From Ostrea edulis (Eukaryota): a stretch of DNA of 64,000 bases. The stretch spans positions 3,472,001 to 3,536,000 of the forward strand of contig NC_079164.1 in assembly GCF_947568905.1 (NCBI RefSeq), read 5' to 3'. Positions 62,326 to 64,000 of the stretch are shown here, piece by piece. Numbering within the stretch: the stretch's first letter is position 1; every line of letters starts with the position of its first letter. The translations under genes and the position numbers were made by a program. The notes below the pieces were generated by a model. That model searched no databases. It was given only the letters and a program-made list of their open reading frames with translations, and had not been told where the DNA came from.

Positions 62326-62969
62326 CACTAATATATAGAACGAATACAGTTGTATATATCTGAACTATATGATCTGAGAACAATAGTGTGCCTACTGGGT
62401 GACCAGGAAGCAAATCTCTGCCCCCTATCCTGGAAACTCCAAAGATTGAAAGATTTTACATAGAAAAATTGATAAACATGTATAATCTGCACATTTCCTT
62501 CTTCAATTTTACTGGGCAGTATTAGTTCTGAGTATTAATTCTGAACTGGGCAGTATTAGGTCTGAGCTGGGCAGTATTCGGTCTGAGCTGGGCAGTATTA
62601 GATCCAAACTGGACAGTATTAGGTCTGAGCTGGGCAGTATTAGTTCTGAGCTTGGCAATATTAGTTCTGAACTGGGCAGTATTAGTTCTTAGCTGGGTAG
62701 TATTAGTTCTGAGCTGGGCAGTATTAGTTCTGAGTTGAACAGTATTAGTTCTGAGCTTGGCAGTTTTAGTTCTGAGTTGAACAGTATTAGTTCTGAGCTG
62801 GGCAGTATTAGTTCTAAGCTGGGTAGTATTAGTTCTGAGCTGGGCAGTATTAGTTCTGAGCTGGGCAGTATTAGTTCTGAGCTGGGCAGTATTAATTCTG
62901 AACCAAGCTTATTGTTTGTATCCATTAAATGTTTGGGTGTATAATTGTTCACAGATACACACACACAGG

Positions 62970-63019
<50 letters not shown>

Positions 63020-63129
63020 CAGAGAGTCAGGCAGAGAGAGAGAAAGAGAGTGACAGAAAGAGAGAGACAGAGAATCAGAGAGTCAGACAGAGAGTCAGAC
63101 AGAGAGAGAGAGAGACAGAGAGAGAGAAT

Positions 63130-63162
<33 letters not shown>

Positions 63163-64000
63163 GATAAAATACATATAACCTTGTTAATGAAGGTAATGCT
63201 GTTGTATCACAGGAGTCTCTTATGAAAATGATGATTTAATTGATGTTTGAAATGTACGTCATTTTCTTCTTTAAAGATTTTCTATAATGCCTCATACAAA
63301 CATTTGAAAGGATATTTTCAAATCATAAGTCATATTGATAGAGCATCTAAAACTATTCAAATCACAAGTCATATTGATAGAGCATCTAAAACTATTGAAA
63401 AAATATTTGTACTTTTCTCTGGTTACTGTAATCAATTACAGAGGAAATGTTGATGTATGATTTAGTTCTGCCCCTAGAATCAAGTATTCCTGAACATATG
63501 ATACAATACCACCCAACTGTACATGCCATTTTGTGTTACTGCACCTGAAACTGTCTGGGGGAACATTCAACGTTTAAAATTGTCTCAATTTCAGTCGGTG
63601 GAAAGATAAAGTAAAGTTTGGACTGCCAGGTGAGAAGTTTTAGAAAATTCTATTTTTAATGGTTTAACCATTTTGATATATACACTGTATACATTTTTAC
63701 CCTTGTGTCATTTTCACCCAGATGCAATAAGAAATAATAAGAAATTTCCTACTTTTTAAATTTGCAAAAGTCCTTTGTTTGCCACTTTATTGTAATGAGT
63801 AACATATAGTTTTTGCAGTTGTAAATGTGTAGGAAAAAGACAAAATAGACGACAATTTCCCTGTATACAGCAGCATGCAAGACCTTCATGTTTTATTTTT
63901 ATACAATTTGTGCCATAACAGACTTCACTGATAAAGAGAGGGAACATGTTGGTCAGGAAATGAGCGACATCTTGCTCAACCTGGTCAGGTTAGCAGACAA
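61868..64000 (+). CDS. DCTPP1: dCTP pyrophosphatase 1-like (MazG fold); the 3' end runs off the window
   Basis: Exons 61868-61983, 62085-62195, 63595-63629 and 63922-64000+ (phases 2,2,1). FSFEPTLEEIRQMQATFSRDRDWDQFHKPRNLLLTLVGEVGELAEIFRWK...GLPDFTDKEREHVGQEMSDILLNLVRLAD. Confidence 0.9.
62512..62902. repeat. 21-bp minisatellite, about 18 copies (DCTPP1 intron 2)
   Basis: Unit gggcagtattagttctgagct. Confidence 0.95.
62973..63162. repeat. Compound (GA)n microsatellite
   Basis: Direct reading. Confidence 0.95.

Noticed and set aside
62689-63225. ELILPSS, SLSL and RERE ORFs
   Set aside because: They are mini- and microsatellite translations inside a DCTPP1 intron.

Overview
AT-rich, repeat-dense animal genomic DNA with three N gaps. 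It is probably an oyster (Ostreidae), inferred from the style of its SINE, Helentron/HINE and Penelope repeats. Most coding content is spliced into short exons and is largely missed by the ORF track. Main contents: (1) an apparently intact two-gene ISL2EU/PHIS-type DNA transposon (8.1-16.7 kb), with a 5-exon SWIM+YqaJ exonuclease gene and a convergent 3-exon THAP+DDE transposase; both start codons sit directly against the same 24-bp inverted repeat. (2) A hidden multi-exon Ulp1/C48 cysteine protease + PHD gene (about 23.8-29.6 kb) with a full His-Asp-Cys triad. (3) A 5'-truncated Gypsy LTR element (37.5-42.9 kb) with a -1 frameshift site, an open but decaying pol, and an extra C2H2 zinc-finger ORF after pol. 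(4) A decayed second YqaJ gene. (5) Two Mutator-like elements with verified 9-bp TSDs; in one, a minisatellite has expanded from the sequence beside the catalytic motif. (6) Two host genes: a 4-exon FABP-family gene and DCTPP1, which runs off the right edge. (7) Many satellites, MITEs, HINEs, SINEs and Penelope fragments. All exon models were read by eye and checked for GT-AG boundaries and phase; no database search was run.
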